From positions 10,517-74,516 of the forward strand of contig JAFXTU010000024.1 in assembly GCA_017535635.1 (NCBI GenBank): a stretch of DNA of 64,000 bases, in the 5' to 3' direction. Below, piece by piece: positions 15,972-26,353 of the stretch. The notes beneath the pieces were generated by a model. It did no database searches. It was given only the letters and a program-made list of their open reading frames with translations, and was not told the origin of the DNA. The number at the start of each line of letters is the position of its first letter. Position 1 is the stretch's first letter. A program made the position numbers and the translations under genes. This stretch comes from Oscillospiraceae bacterium. Lineage in GTDB: Bacteria > Bacillota > Clostridia > Oscillospirales > Oscillospiraceae.

Positions 15972-17842
15972 TTCCCCTCCTTTTCCAGCCAGACCATCAG
16001 GGCCGTCATGTCCGCGGGGCTGACTCCGGAGATCCGCCCCGCCTGCCCGAAGGAAGAGGGCCGGATGGCGTCCAGCTTCTGCCGTGCCTCCAGCCGGAGG
16101 GTGGGGATGGAGAGGTAGTCGACGTCCTCCGGCAGCCTACGGTGCTCCAGCCGCCGGAAGTCAGCAGCCTGCTTCTCCTGCCGCTGGATGTAACCCGCGT
16201 ATTTGAGGCCGATCTCCGCCTCCTGCCATACGGCCTTGGGCAGGTCGGGCCTGGCCGGGTCGAAGGGGGCCAGAGAGGGATAGTCCACCTGGGGACGGCG
16301 TATCAGGTCCGCCAGGGAGATACCGGAAGCGGCCGGGACGGTGCCCCGGGCGGTGAGGAACTCGGAGAGAGCGGGAGTGGGGGGGAGGTAGGTCGCCTCC
16401 AGCCGGGCGGTCTCCGCGTCCACCAGGCGGTATTTTTCCCGGACCGCCTCCAGCCGCTCTCCGCTCACCAGCCCCAGCCGGAAGCCCTTTTCCGTGAGGC
16501 GGAGGTCGGCGTTGTCCTGCCGGTGCAGGAGGCGAAACTCCGTTCTCGAGGTCATCATCCGGTAGGGCTCGTTCGTGCCCTTGGTGACCAGGTCGTCGAT
16601 GAGGACGCCGATATAGCCCTCGCTCCGGTCCAGGGTGAACGCTTCTTCTCCCCGAAGCTTCAATGCGGCGTTCACCCCCGCCATGAAGCCCTGGACGGCG
16701 GCCTCCTCGTAGCCGGAGGTGCCGCAGAACTGTCCCGCCCCGTAGAGGCCGGGGACCTTTTTCAGCTCCAGGGTCTGCCGCAGCTCCAGCGGGTCCACGC
16801 AGTCGTACTCGATGGCGTAGGCGGGGCGCATCATCTCCGCCTTCTCCAGGCCGATCACCGTATGGAGCATCCGCAGCTGCACCTCCTCCGGCATGGAGGA
16901 GGAGAAGCCCTGGACGTAGACTTCTTCCGTTTCCAGACCCATGGGCTCCAGGAAGAGCTGGTGCCGCTTCTTGTCGGCAAAGCGTACCACCTTGTCCTCA
17001 ATGGAGGGACAGTAGCGGGGTCCGATCCCCTCGATGACCCCGGAGAAGAGGGGAGAGCGGTGCAGGTTCTCCCGGATGACCCGATGGGTCTCCTCTGTGG
17101 TGTAGGTGAGGTAGCAGACGGCACGGTTCGTGAGGGGCCGCTCGCAGGTGAAGGAAAAGGGCTCCGGCTCCGGATCCCCATACTGGGGCTCCAGCCTGGA
17201 CCAGTCCACCGTGAGTCCGTTGATCCTGGGGGGCGTGCCGGTCTTGAAGCGCCGGAGGCTCAGCCCCATATCCTTCAGGGAATCGAAGAGGGGGCCGGAG
17301 GGATGCATCCCGTCCGGGCCGCTGTCCCGGAGGCAGTCCCCCACGATGGTCCTGCCCCGGAGGTAGGTGCCGGTGCAGACGACGGCGGCCCGGCAGCGGT
17401 AGGTGGCCCCGGTCTGGGTCCGCACAAAGGCCACGCGCCCGTCCTCCAGGCCGATCTCCGTGATCTCCGCCTGCTTCAGGCGGAGGGAGGGCTGCGCTTC
17501 CAGGGCGTGCTTCATCCGCTGCTGATAGGCCCTCCGGTCCGCCTGGGCCCGGAGGGAGCGCACGGCGGGTCCCTTTCCCAGGTTCAGCATCCGGTATTGG
17601 ATGCATACCTCGTCGGCGGCCTTCCCCATCTCGCCCCCCAGGGCGTCCAGCTCCCGCACCAGCTGGCCCTTGCCGGTGCCGCCGATGGCGGGGTTGCAGG
17701 GCATGTTGCCGACGGCGTCCAGGTTGATGGTGAAGACGACGGTATCCATGCCCATCCTGGCGGCGGCCAGGGCGGCCTCGATCCCCGCGTGGCCCGCGCC
17801 GATAACGGCGATATCGCAGCTTCCCGCGTCAAAGTTCATCAT
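15968..17842 (-). CDS. mnmG: tRNA uridine 5-carboxymethylaminomethyl modification enzyme MnmG (GidA)
   Basis: 624 aa. N-terminal FAD fold [22 protein letters not shown]. The stop overlaps the mnmA start (ATGA). Confidence 0.95.
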   Translation of the reverse strand: MMNFDAGSCDIAVIGAGHAGIEAALAAARMGMDTVVFTINLDAVGNMPCNPAIGGTGKGQLVRELDALGGEMGKAADEVCIQYRMLNLGKGPAVRSLRAQADRRAYQQRMKHALEAQPSLRLKQAEITEIGLEDGRVAFVRTQTGATYRCRAAVVCTGTYLRGRTIVGDCLRDSGPDGMHPSGPLFDSLKDMGLSLRRFKTGTPPRINGLTVDWSRLEPQYGDPEPEPFSFTCERPLTNRAVCYLTYTTEETHRVIRENLHRSPLFSGVIEGIGPRYCPSIEDKVVRFADKKRHQLFLEPMGLETEEVYVQGFSSSMPEEVQLRMLHTVIGLEKAEMMRPAYAIEYDCVDPLELRQTLELKKVPGLYGAGQFCGTSGYEEAAVQGFMAGVNAALKLRGEEAFTLDRSEGYIGVLIDDLVTKGTNEPYRMMTSRTEFRLLHRQDNADLRLTEKGFRLGLVSGERLEAVREKYRLVDAETARLEATYLPPTPALSEFLTARGTVPAASGISLADLIRRPQVDYPSLAPFDPARPDLPKAVWQEAEIGLKYAGYIQRQEKQAADFRRLEHRRLPEDVDYLSIPTLRLEARQKLDAIRPSSFGQAGRISGVSPADMTALMVWLEKEGK

Positions 17843-17945
17843 GGATTCTTCCCTTCTCGAAGCAGGGTGATTTGGAATGGGGCTATTTTAGTCTGTTTTG
17901 CCGGGAATTGCAACGAAAAAGCCCCTCTTTTCGGCGCTTCCTTCG

Positions 17946-17973
17946 TTGACTTTGGGCGCTTTCCGTATATAAT
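17946..17973 (+). promoter_or_regulatory. Near-consensus sigma-A promoter of glyQS
   Basis: TTGACT (17946-17951), 16-nt spacer, TATAAT (17968-17973). Confidence 0.6.
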
Positions 17974-18017
17974 GGTATAATCTTACCAAAACTATAAACA
18001 CCGACGGGGGTAGAGGA

Positions 18018-19415
18018 ATGACCAACGAAGAGAAAACCATGGAGAAGATCGTCGCCCTTTGCAAGGGCCGCGGCTTTATTTACGCCGGCAGCGAGATCTA
18101 CGGCGGCCTGGCCAACACCTGGGACTACGGCCCGCTGGGCACGGAATTCAAGAACAACGTCAAGCGCGCCTGGTGGAAGAAATTCGTGCAGGAGAGCCCC
18201 TACAATGTGGGCCTGGACGCGGACATCCTCATGAATCCCAGAGTCTGGGTGGCCTCCGGCCATGTGACCAACTTCAACGATCCTCTGATCGACTGCCGTG
18301 GCTGCAAGCGCCGCCACCGGGCCGACAAGCTCATTGAGGAGTGGGCCAAGGAAAATGGAGTCGAAGTGAATGTGGAGGCCATGAAGAATGAGGACATGGT
18401 GGCCTACATCCGGGAGCAGCAAATTCCCTGCCCCGGCTGCGGCAAGTCCGATTTCTCCGACATCAAGAAGTTCAACCTCATGTTCAAGACCCACCAGGGC
18501 GTCACCGAAGATTCCGGCTCCGACGTGTACCTCCGGCCAGAGACTGCCCAGGGCATCTTTGTGAACTTCAACAACGTGGTCCGCACCAGCCGGAAAAAGG
18601 TCCCCTTCGGCATCTGCCAGATCGGCAAGAGCTTCCGGAACGAGATCACCCCGGGCAACTTCACCTTCCGCACCTGCGAGTTCGAGCAGATGGAGCTGGA
18701 GTTCTTCTGCGAGCCGGGCACCGACCTGGAGTGGTTCGAGTACTGGCGGGGCTTCTGCCACCAGTGGCTGCTGGACCTGGGCATGAAGGACGAGTGCCTC
18801 CGCCTGCGGGATCACAGCCCCGAGGAGCTGAGCTTCTATTCCAAGGCCACCACGGACTTTGAGTATCTCTTCCCCTTCGGCTGGGGCGAGCTCTGGGGCG
18901 TGGCGGACCGGACGGACTATGACCTGAACCAGCATATGTCCGAGAGCCGGGTGGACATGACCTACTACGACCAGGAGAAGAACACCCGCTATGTGCCCTA
19001 CGTCATCGAGCCCAGCCTGGGGGCGGACCGGGTGGCCCTGGCTTTCCTGGTGAACGCCTATGACGAGGAGGTCGTGGACCCGGAGAAGAACGACGTGCGT
19101 ACCGTGCTCCGCCTCCATCCCTTCCTGGCCCCCTTCAAGTGCGCCGTTCTGCCCCTGAGCAAGAAGCTGGGCGAAGGCGCCCGGAAGGTCTACGAGGCCC
19201 TGGCAAAGAAGTTCATGTGCGACTACGACGAGGCGGGGAGCATCGGCAAGCGCTACCGCCGTCAGGACGAGGTGGGGACCCCCTTCTGCGTCACCTATGA
19301 CTTCGACAGCGAAAACGACGGCTGCGTCACCGTCCGGGAGCGGGATTCCATGGAGCAGGTCCGCCTGCCCATCAGTGAGCTGGAAGCCTATATCGCCCAG
19401 CGGATCGAATTCTGA
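18018..19415 (+). CDS. glyQS: Glycine--tRNA ligase (dimeric GlyQS type)
   Basis: 465 aa. N-terminus [34 protein letters not shown] is characteristic. Confidence 0.95.
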   Translation: MTNEEKTMEKIVALCKGRGFIYAGSEIYGGLANTWDYGPLGTEFKNNVKRAWWKKFVQESPYNVGLDADILMNPRVWVASGHVTNFNDPLIDCRGCKRRHRADKLIEEWAKENGVEVNVEAMKNEDMVAYIREQQIPCPGCGKSDFSDIKKFNLMFKTHQGVTEDSGSDVYLRPETAQGIFVNFNNVVRTSRKKVPFGICQIGKSFRNEITPGNFTFRTCEFEQMELEFFCEPGTDLEWFEYWRGFCHQWLLDLGMKDECLRLRDHSPEELSFYSKATTDFEYLFPFGWGELWGVADRTDYDLNQHMSESRVDMTYYDQEKNTRYVPYVIEPSLGADRVALAFLVNAYDEEVVDPEKNDVRTVLRLHPFLAPFKCAVLPLSKKLGEGARKVYEALAKKFMCDYDEAGSIGKRYRRQDEVGTPFCVTYDFDSENDGCVTVRERDSMEQVRLPISELEAYIAQRIEF

Positions 19416-19427
19416 GGAGCGAGGAAA

Positions 19428-20285
19428 TTGAACAAGACGATACGCTATAAGGAGCTTCGGGTCTTCGCGGAGGAGATCCGCGTGAAGACCCTGCAGACCT
19501 TCGCCCACATCGGTTTCGGCCACATCGGCGGCGCCATGAGCATCGTGGAGGCGGTGGCCCTGCTCTACGGGGAGTTCCTGCGCTGCGACCCGAAAAACCC
19601 CAACTGGCCGGAGCGGGACAAACTGGTCATCTCCAAGGGCCACGCGGGCCCCACGGTCTATGCCACCCTTGCCATGAAGGGCTTTTTCCCCGAGGCCATG
19701 CTCCGGGAGCTGAACCAGGGCGGCGGCCGCCTTCCCAGCCATACGGACCGGAACAAGACTCCCGGCATCGACATGACCACCGGCTCTCTGGGCCAGGGCC
19801 TCTCCGCCGGCTGCGGCATCGCCCTGGGGGACCGGATGGACGGGCGGGACGCGAATACCTTCGTCTTCCTGGGCGACGGGGAGCTGGACGAGGGCCAGAA
19901 CTGGGAGGCCTTTCTCTTCGCCAACCAGCAGAAGCTCTCCAACCTGATCGCCATCGTGGACGTGAACGGCCAGCAGCTGGACGGCTACACCAAGGACGTG
20001 ATGGACCTGGGGGACGTGGAGCAGAAGCTCGCCGCCTTCGGCTGGCATGTGGAATCCTGCGACGGACACGACATCCCCGCCCTGTATAAGGCCTTTTCCA
20101 ATGCACTCGCCTGGACGGAGGGCCCCAGTGCCGTGGTGATGCACACGAAGAAGGGGCACGGCTGCTCCTTCGCCGAGGGCATCCTCTCCAACCACCACAT
20201 TAACTTCAAGCCCGAGCAGATGGAAGAGGCTCTGGAAAAGGCGAACCGGGTCCTGGACGAAGCCCGGAACGCCCTGAGAAAGTGA
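19428..20285 (+). CDS. Transketolase, N-terminal (TPP-binding) subunit
   Basis: 285 aa with TTG start behind GAGGAGCGAGGAAA. Has GHIGGAMS and GDGELDEGQNWEA TPP motifs. Confidence 0.9.
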   Translation: MNKTIRYKELRVFAEEIRVKTLQTFAHIGFGHIGGAMSIVEAVALLYGEFLRCDPKNPNWPERDKLVISKGHAGPTVYATLAMKGFFPEAMLRELNQGGGRLPSHTDRNKTPGIDMTTGSLGQGLSAGCGIALGDRMDGRDANTFVFLGDGELDEGQNWEAFLFANQQKLSNLIAIVDVNGQQLDGYTKDVMDLGDVEQKLAAFGWHVESCDGHDIPALYKAFSNALAWTEGPSAVVMHTKKGHGCSFAEGILSNHHINFKPEQMEEALEKANRVLDEARNALRK

Positions 20286-20297
20286 GGAGGTGCTGAG

Positions 20298-21260
20298 ATG
20301 TTCAAAGTGAATGCGGAGCTGAAGCCCTCCGAAACCCTCATGCGGGAAGCCTACTGCGGCGCGCTGATGGAGATGGCGAAAACGGACAAGCGCATCGTCG
20401 CTCTGGACGCGGACCTGGTGAGCTCCTCCGGCATGAAACCCTTCTTCCAGGCTTTTCCCGACCGGGCCATCCAGTGCGGCATCGCCGAGGCCAATATGAT
20501 CGGCGTGGCTGCGGGCCTTTCCCTTACGGGGAAGGTACCCTTCTGTCACAGCTTCGGGCCCTTTGCCTCCCGCCGGGTCTGCGACCAGATTTTCATCTCC
20601 GCGGCCTACGCGAAGCTGAACGTGCGCATCGTGGGCTCCGACCCCGGCGTCACGGCGGCCTACAACGGCGGGACCCATATGCCCTTTGAGGATATGGCAG
20701 TGCTCCGGGGCATCCCGGAGATCACCCTCCTGGAGCCCTGTGATCCCGTGTGCATGGCGGACCTCACCAGGCAGCTGGCGGACGTCTACGGCGTGTACTA
20801 CATCCGCATGGCGAGAAAAAACGCCGTCGCCGTCTACGAAGAGGGCAGCACCTTCCAGATCGGGAAGGGGAACGTGCTCCGGGCCGGAATGGATGTGACG
20901 CTCATCGCCAGCGGCATCCTGGTGGCGGAGGCCCTGAAGGCCGCCGAGCTGCTGGCGGCGGAGGGTGTCTCTGCCCGGGTGGTGGATATGTTCACCTGGA
21001 AGCCCATGGACACTGAGCTGGTGGCCAAGTGCGCCGAGGAGACCGGTGCTATCGTGACGGCGGAGAACCACAATGTCTACGGCGGCCTGGGAAGTGCCGT
21101 AGCGGAGGCTGCGGCAAAAACGGTCCCCGTGCCCATCGAAATGGTGGGGACCGACGATCGTTTCGGCCAGGTGGGGACGGAGGCTTTCCTTCGGGTGGAG
21201 TACCGCCTTACCGCGGAGCACATCGCCGAGGCGGCGAAAAAGGCCATCGAAAGAAAATAA
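20298..21260 (+). CDS. Transketolase, C-terminal (pyrimidine-binding) subunit
   Basis: 320 aa. Has the GIAEANMIGVAAGL block. Lies directly downstream of the N-terminal subunit. Confidence 0.9.
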   Translation: MFKVNAELKPSETLMREAYCGALMEMAKTDKRIVALDADLVSSSGMKPFFQAFPDRAIQCGIAEANMIGVAAGLSLTGKVPFCHSFGPFASRRVCDQIFISAAYAKLNVRIVGSDPGVTAAYNGGTHMPFEDMAVLRGIPEITLLEPCDPVCMADLTRQLADVYGVYYIRMARKNAVAVYEEGSTFQIGKGNVLRAGMDVTLIASGILVAEALKAAELLAAEGVSARVVDMFTWKPMDTELVAKCAEETGAIVTAENHNVYGGLGSAVAEAAAKTVPVPIEMVGTDDRFGQVGTEAFLRVEYRLTAEHIAEAAKKAIERK

Positions 21261-21284
21261 ACGTATCTATCGAGCAATGCTCTA

Positions 21285-21314
21285 AGCGGCAGGCGCTTTT
21301 TTGCGTCTGCCGCT
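21285..21314. terminator. Shared hairpin between convergent tkt and the SBP-like gene
   Basis: agcggcaggcgc-tttttt-gcgtctgccgct 12-bp stem. Confidence 0.6.
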
Positions 21315-21348
21315 CATTCTCTTTCGATGGAGATAAAAAAGTCAAAAG

Positions 21349-23769
21349 TCAGTTCCGCTCCGCCCATTCCTGATCGGAGCAGGCGTAGCGCAGCGACCGC
21401 AGTCCGCCGAAGCCCAGGGACCAGTGGTATTCCTCCAAGGGCAGCAGCAGCCGGTCCCGGGTCAGCAGGGTCATACAGCCCTCCGAAAGGGGGATCAGGT
21501 CGGCCCTTCGCAGCAAAGCGTCCTCCAGTGCGGCCAGAAGCTCCGTTTCCGAAGCAGGGTCCTTTGAGGCGGCCAGGCTCAGTAGCTGTTCCCCGCCCTC
21601 CGGGCCGGGAATGCTTACCTCCTCGCCCCGAAGCAGAGAAAACACCTCCGGCAGGGGCACGGTATGGGTCCGGCCATCCATGGAAATGGTCAGCAGCTCT
21701 TCGGAGTAATCCCAGGAGGGATCGCAGCGATACGCGTCCTCCAGATAGGCTTCCATCAACTCCGCGGGATTTGCCGGATCGGCGGCCCAACCAACGCCCA
21801 GGAGAAGATCGACCTGATTCTGCCGTAGGGCGGCCAAGGGGTCCTTTCCCGGGTCGTCAGCCAGGACCAGGGAGAGCTTTCCCTCCAGCGGAGTGCCCTG
21901 GAGCACCTGACTGAGCTGCCGGACCAGGAGATCGAAGCACCGCTGCGCGGAATTTGTTCCGCTGCCGGGAACTCCCACCGTGAGCTCCACCCGCTCCTCC
22001 TCTGTGAGCAGACCGGCCTCCAGCGCCGCGTCCCAGGCACGTGTGAAAAGGTATTTGGCAGCCTCCGGGGCATAGCCCGCGTTGTATTCCGCTTCGCCCC
22101 AAAGCTCCGAAAGGACCGCCTGTCCTTGCGCAGTGGACCGGTATAAGGGTCCTTCCGCGCCGGAGAGAACGAGAGGCGAAACAAGGCCAAGGGCGGGCTG
22201 CTGGGCAGGGAAGACCTCCCGGCAGAGGGCCTCCCGGTCCAGACTGAAGCGGAGGGCCTGTCGGAATTCCGGAACGGTGAGAATGGTCTTGTTGATCTGT
22301 TCCCCGGCCTCAGCCTGCCGAAGCGTGAGAGCATCCGGATCGGGATTCAGTGCCAGGAGGAGAACGGCGCCTCCGGGGATGCTCCGACCCTGGCAGCCCT
22401 GCGGGCTCTCCGCCCTGCCGGAAACCACGCAGGCGTCCAGATAACCCTGTTCCAGAAGCTCCAGGGCTTCCGCATCGTCGGAAACAAGGGTCGCTTCAAT
22501 GCCCGTGGTCTGGTAGATGTCTTTGTCCTCCGACCATTCAAAATAGGCGGGGCTGCGCTCTAAAACGCAGCGTACCCCCGGCAGCCATTCTTTTAAATAG
22601 TAAGGCCCGAAGCTGGGACTGGTGTCCACACTGCTGCCGTAGGAATTCCGATAGCTTCCCTCCGTCCAGGCGGCGCAGGCGTCGTAGAGCTCCGGCTTTA
22701 CCAGCCAGCGCTGCGTCAGGGCACGGCTCAACTCCTCCGCGTCCGCAGGACTCTCCAGCAGGAGGATCAGGGAGGCGTCGTCCTCGGCCATGATCCCAAC
22801 GTCGGACCAGCGGACCGGGGGAGGGGGGCAGGAGTAGACAAAATAGAAGGGAAGGGTCGTCTCTGTGTCTCCCCAGGCGGGGTTTCCCATGGTGAGCGTG
22901 TGGAGCAGCGAATAGTTCTCCTGGGTCAGAGGGACCAGGCCATCCCGATCCATCTGCTCCAAAAGGGTCTCCCAGGGACTGAGGTCAAAGCACTTGTCTC
23001 CGTAAAGCTCTACATAAAAGCGGAGACGTTCCCCGTAGAGAAGCGTTTCCAAAGGCCAGTCCAGAGCGATGGAGACCGGGTAGCCCTCTGGGGTACAGTA
23101 CACGCCCTCCTCGTTCAGAGTCAGGTCGGAAAGCGCATAGCTTCCGCGGCGGGCGTTTTCCGTCAGCACCGGGATCCTTTGGGACCAATAGTCCCTTGCG
23201 CCGGTCAGAGTCAGGGTCCCTTCGGTGAAGAGGGCCGCTCCGGGGCTGCGAACCTCCGGGTCCAGCAGACGCATGGCGGAGTCAACAAAGTCCTGAGCGG
23301 TCAGCGGAGAGGAGTCCTGCCAGCACAGACCGGGGCGAAGGCGGATGCGCCAGGCCCGACGGCTCTCTCCGGAGGGGACGCCCAGCCGGGAGACAAAAAG
23401 GGAGGTCACGTCCTCCGGCTCTCCCAGGGCCATCACCGGAAGCAGTCTGGGAGCGCCGCTTTCGTCATAAGTCTCCTCATACAGTCCGGCGGACAAACAG
23501 TCCCGCAGGATCGCGGCGATCCCCTCCTCCGAGCCCAGGGGGCTCCAGCTTTCCGGAAGGCCGGAGGCGGCAAGACGAAGGGTATAGCGGGGTTCCTCCG
23601 GTTCGTCCACAGGCACAGGGAGCGGAGGGGATGGCGTGGGGGAAGGAGAGGGCTCCAAAGATAGCTTCTCCTCAGGGAGAGGTTTCGGTTCTGCTCCGGC
23701 GGCGGCCGCTCCCAATACCGCGAGCAGGGCCAGCAACAGGGCGATCAGTGGTTTTGCCAGATTCTTCAT
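21349..23769 (-). CDS. Large secreted family-5 (peptide/nickel type) solute-binding-like protein, paralogue A
   Basis: 806 aa. Signal peptide without Cys (ALLAVLGAAAAGA). Pro/Ser-rich linker. WRIRLRPGLCWQD block. C-terminal GFGGLRSLRY. No permease or ATPase genes nearby. Confidence 0.7.
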   Translation of the reverse strand: MKNLAKPLIALLLALLAVLGAAAAGAEPKPLPEEKLSLEPSPSPTPSPPLPVPVDEPEEPRYTLRLAASGLPESWSPLGSEEGIAAILRDCLSAGLYEETYDESGAPRLLPVMALGEPEDVTSLFVSRLGVPSGESRRAWRIRLRPGLCWQDSSPLTAQDFVDSAMRLLDPEVRSPGAALFTEGTLTLTGARDYWSQRIPVLTENARRGSYALSDLTLNEEGVYCTPEGYPVSIALDWPLETLLYGERLRFYVELYGDKCFDLSPWETLLEQMDRDGLVPLTQENYSLLHTLTMGNPAWGDTETTLPFYFVYSCPPPPVRWSDVGIMAEDDASLILLLESPADAEELSRALTQRWLVKPELYDACAAWTEGSYRNSYGSSVDTSPSFGPYYLKEWLPGVRCVLERSPAYFEWSEDKDIYQTTGIEATLVSDDAEALELLEQGYLDACVVSGRAESPQGCQGRSIPGGAVLLLALNPDPDALTLRQAEAGEQINKTILTVPEFRQALRFSLDREALCREVFPAQQPALGLVSPLVLSGAEGPLYRSTAQGQAVLSELWGEAEYNAGYAPEAAKYLFTRAWDAALEAGLLTEEERVELTVGVPGSGTNSAQRCFDLLVRQLSQVLQGTPLEGKLSLVLADDPGKDPLAALRQNQVDLLLGVGWAADPANPAELMEAYLEDAYRCDPSWDYSEELLTISMDGRTHTVPLPEVFSLLRGEEVSIPGPEGGEQLLSLAASKDPASETELLAALEDALLRRADLIPLSEGCMTLLTRDRLLLPLEEYHWSLGFGGLRSLRYACSDQEWAERN

Positions 23770-23796
23770 GGTTCAGAGGGGTTCCTTTCCGGGGAT

Positions 23797-26250
23797 TCAT
23801 GCGCCGTGAGACGCGGCCCACTGGGCGTCATCCTGGGTATAGCGGAGGGAGCGAATGCCTCCGAAAGAGCTGAGGATGCTGTAGCTGCGGCTGCCCGGTT
23901 CCAGCTTATTGGACAGCCAAAGGGGCGTCATGCCCTGGGCTACCACGATGAAACGGCGCTCCTTGAGCAGCGCCTCCTCCAGCCCCGCCAGCACCTGGAG
24001 GCGCAGCTCGGGGTCAGCGGCGTACTCGCCGCCTTCCAGGATCGAACGGCACCACTCGGTGTAGCTCCGGGTGACGAGCTCCTCCTGAAAGAGGAGCGTC
24101 AGCAGCTTGCTGCTGGGATCAAAGCCCTTGCCCTCCTGGATGGTGTTGAAGGAAGGGTCGCAGTAGCATTGGATCAGGCCGAAGGGATCGAAGGGGGCGC
24201 CGCCCCAGGCACCGTACCCCATCTCGATTTCCCCGGCGGCCACTGCGGCGTAGCGGTCAGGAACGCAGACAAAGGCAATGCTGCATTTTCCCTGGAAATC
24301 CGTTCCCGCAGTGGCGGTATCCAGAAATTCCTGCATCAGTGCATTTTGCCGTTTCTGTCCCTCGCTGAGGCTCTCTCCCCCTACGGCGCAGCAGAGCTCG
24401 ACGACCATGCCCTCATCCCATTCTCCGGCGGCGATCATCTGATCCGCGGCCGTCTGGAATAGCCGCCGGGCCTTGGCAGCGTCGAAGCCGGTGCAGCGCT
24501 CGGCAGCCAGGCGCAGCTCGGTACTGTCCTTGATGCCGCTCAGATTCACGCCATAGGAGGCACAGAGGGCATAGGTGCCCGGGACCGAGGAGCGGTATCG
24601 GCTGCTCAGATCTCCCGCCACGTTGCAGCGGTACAGGTCTCCGATGAGCCCCAGCGCGGGGCGGCAGCTGTCGTCCCCCGCTGCCGCCAGCCGGACACGG
24701 TCAATGGAATAGCTGAGGGCATCCCGGAAAGCGTCGTTGGCAAGGCAGGTCTTGTTGACCCGCTTGTTTCCGTCGGAGGCCTGTTCCTGCAGCGTGAAAA
24801 GTGTATTCCGGTCCGTGACCATGAAATAACGGTAAACGTAGGCATCGTCCTTCGAGAGCAGGATCGCGTCCGAGGGGGAAGCGTCCGCATCCTCCAAAAC
24901 ATCCAGCTTTCCCTGCCGGAACTGAGTCAGGGCCTCGGCACGATCCAGGAAGGAGAGCACGATACGGTCTGTCTCATAGAGCTCTTCCCCGATGCGCCCA
25001 TAGCCGAACCAGCTCTCATTCCGTTCCAGGACCGCCTGGGTTTCGTCTAAGGAGACGATGCGGTAAGGCCCGCAGCTGATGCTGGTCTCCGGACTGGTGC
25101 CATAATCCGTAAAGAGCTTTCCGTCGTACTCAAAGCTGCCGCCCTCATACAGAGGCGGATAGACCAGCCAGGGCGTGGTAAGACCAAAGAGAAAATCAAA
25201 CTCATCCACGCTGTTTGCACAGATGTAGAGGAGTGTGAACTCATCCTCCTTCAGCAGACCCACGGACTCCCAGGACGTGACGGGCCAGCTCTTGCGATAA
25301 GCCGTGTAATAGGCCAGGTCCTCCCAGGACTCTCGTCCCCACGCATCGCTGCCGGTAAAGGAATAAAGGAGCTGCAGGGAGTGGGAGTTCAGCGGAACGA
25401 AGCCCTCCGGGTCCGCCAGATCCTCCAGAGCGGAATAGATCTCCTCGGGAACATAGCCTGCGCGGTAGTAGTCCTCCAGACTGTTTCCGTCCAGCCAGAC
25501 GTTCAGGGGTGAACGAAGGGGAATGCAGAGCAGATTCCCCTCCGGCGTGCGGCAGAACCCGTCCGTTCCCACGCTCCATTCGGAAAGGGGAAAGGTGATT
25601 CCCCCCTCGAAGGCGTTTTCTACCCAGGTATTTGTTCCGGAGCGGAGATATGCCCCGGCGCCGGAAAGCTCCATTGTGCCGCTGCAGAAGGCCTCAGCCC
25701 GGTAGTTCGCCCGATCCGGCGACAGCAGCAGGCGCATGGAGTCCAGATAGCTGTCCGCATTGATGGGGGTGTGCGCTTCATCGTCCCAGCAGGCGTCGGG
25801 GACAAGGCGGATGCGCCAGACGCGCCCGGTCTCCTCCGGGCCGATCCCCCAGGCGGCCGCTCCTTCCCAGGAAGAGGTGATGTCCTCGACGCTCTCGGCC
25901 AAGGTGAAAAGCCAGGTGTCCTCCGCTTCTCCGTTCTCCCCGGACTCGAGGCCGATATCCATCAGCGGAGACGTGGTCATAGACCAGAGAAAAGCGTCCG
26001 AAGCGGAGACCCAGCTGTGCACGTTCCAGCAGCGAGGTTTCGTCTCTGTGGAGAGTCGAAGCGTATGGAAGCCGGGCAGCGCGATCTCTGGTGTCTCCGT
26101 TGGACTTGGCAGGGGAGTGGCTGTGAGCGCGGCGGGAACCGACGTCGCTTCGGGGGAGGGAGCGGGGGATTCCTCTTTTTTTTCACAGCCGGACGCAATG
26201 GAGAGCAGCAGAAATAGAAGCAATATGAAAGCGGCAGCTCGATGTTTCAT
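23797..26250 (-). CDS. Large family-5 solute-binding-like lipoprotein, paralogue B
   Basis: Start trimmed to ATG 26250 (MKHRAAAFILLLFLLLSIASGC, lipobox) behind GGAGGC. WRIRLVPDACWDD block and C-terminal SFGGIRSLRY parallel paralogue A. Only 27 nt separate it from the next gene. Confidence 0.7.
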   Translation of the reverse strand: MKHRAAAFILLLFLLLSIASGCEKKEESPAPSPEATSVPAALTATPLPSPTETPEIALPGFHTLRLSTETKPRCWNVHSWVSASDAFLWSMTTSPLMDIGLESGENGEAEDTWLFTLAESVEDITSSWEGAAAWGIGPEETGRVWRIRLVPDACWDDEAHTPINADSYLDSMRLLLSPDRANYRAEAFCSGTMELSGAGAYLRSGTNTWVENAFEGGITFPLSEWSVGTDGFCRTPEGNLLCIPLRSPLNVWLDGNSLEDYYRAGYVPEEIYSALEDLADPEGFVPLNSHSLQLLYSFTGSDAWGRESWEDLAYYTAYRKSWPVTSWESVGLLKEDEFTLLYICANSVDEFDFLFGLTTPWLVYPPLYEGGSFEYDGKLFTDYGTSPETSISCGPYRIVSLDETQAVLERNESWFGYGRIGEELYETDRIVLSFLDRAEALTQFRQGKLDVLEDADASPSDAILLSKDDAYVYRYFMVTDRNTLFTLQEQASDGNKRVNKTCLANDAFRDALSYSIDRVRLAAAGDDSCRPALGLIGDLYRCNVAGDLSSRYRSSVPGTYALCASYGVNLSGIKDSTELRLAAERCTGFDAAKARRLFQTAADQMIAAGEWDEGMVVELCCAVGGESLSEGQKRQNALMQEFLDTATAGTDFQGKCSIAFVCVPDRYAAVAAGEIEMGYGAWGGAPFDPFGLIQCYCDPSFNTIQEGKGFDPSSKLLTLLFQEELVTRSYTEWCRSILEGGEYAADPELRLQVLAGLEEALLKERRFIVVAQGMTPLWLSNKLEPGSRSYSILSSFGGIRSLRYTQDDAQWAASHGA

Positions 26251-26300
26251 AGGAGCCTCCTGAAGAGAGAGGAGTATCATTTTTGAGAAGAAAGGGAACA

Positions 26301-26337
26301 GAAAAAGGCTGCAAAATCCGATCGGATCTTGCAGCCT
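26301..26337 (-). terminator. Rho-independent terminator after the membrane-protein gene
   Basis: aggctgcaa/ttgcagcct 9-bp stem followed by TTTTT on the minus strand. Confidence 0.65.
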
Positions 26338-26353
26338 GGATTCCAAAAATCGC

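Noticed and set aside
17843-18017. Expected T-box riboswitch upstream of glyQS
   Set aside because: The 175-nt intergenic region holds only a consensus promoter and a leader of about 40 nt. There is no T-box sequence (GGTGGnACCGCG) and no terminator.
17883-21221. 1112-aa ORF on the minus strand spanning glyQS and both transketolase genes
   Set aside because: It is antisense to three independent, strongly recognisable genes. Its translation is low-complexity (Gly/Ala/Leu/His/Val/Asp-rich) with no motifs. This is a typical shadow ORF: GC-rich third positions on the coding strand suppress stop codons on the opposite strand.
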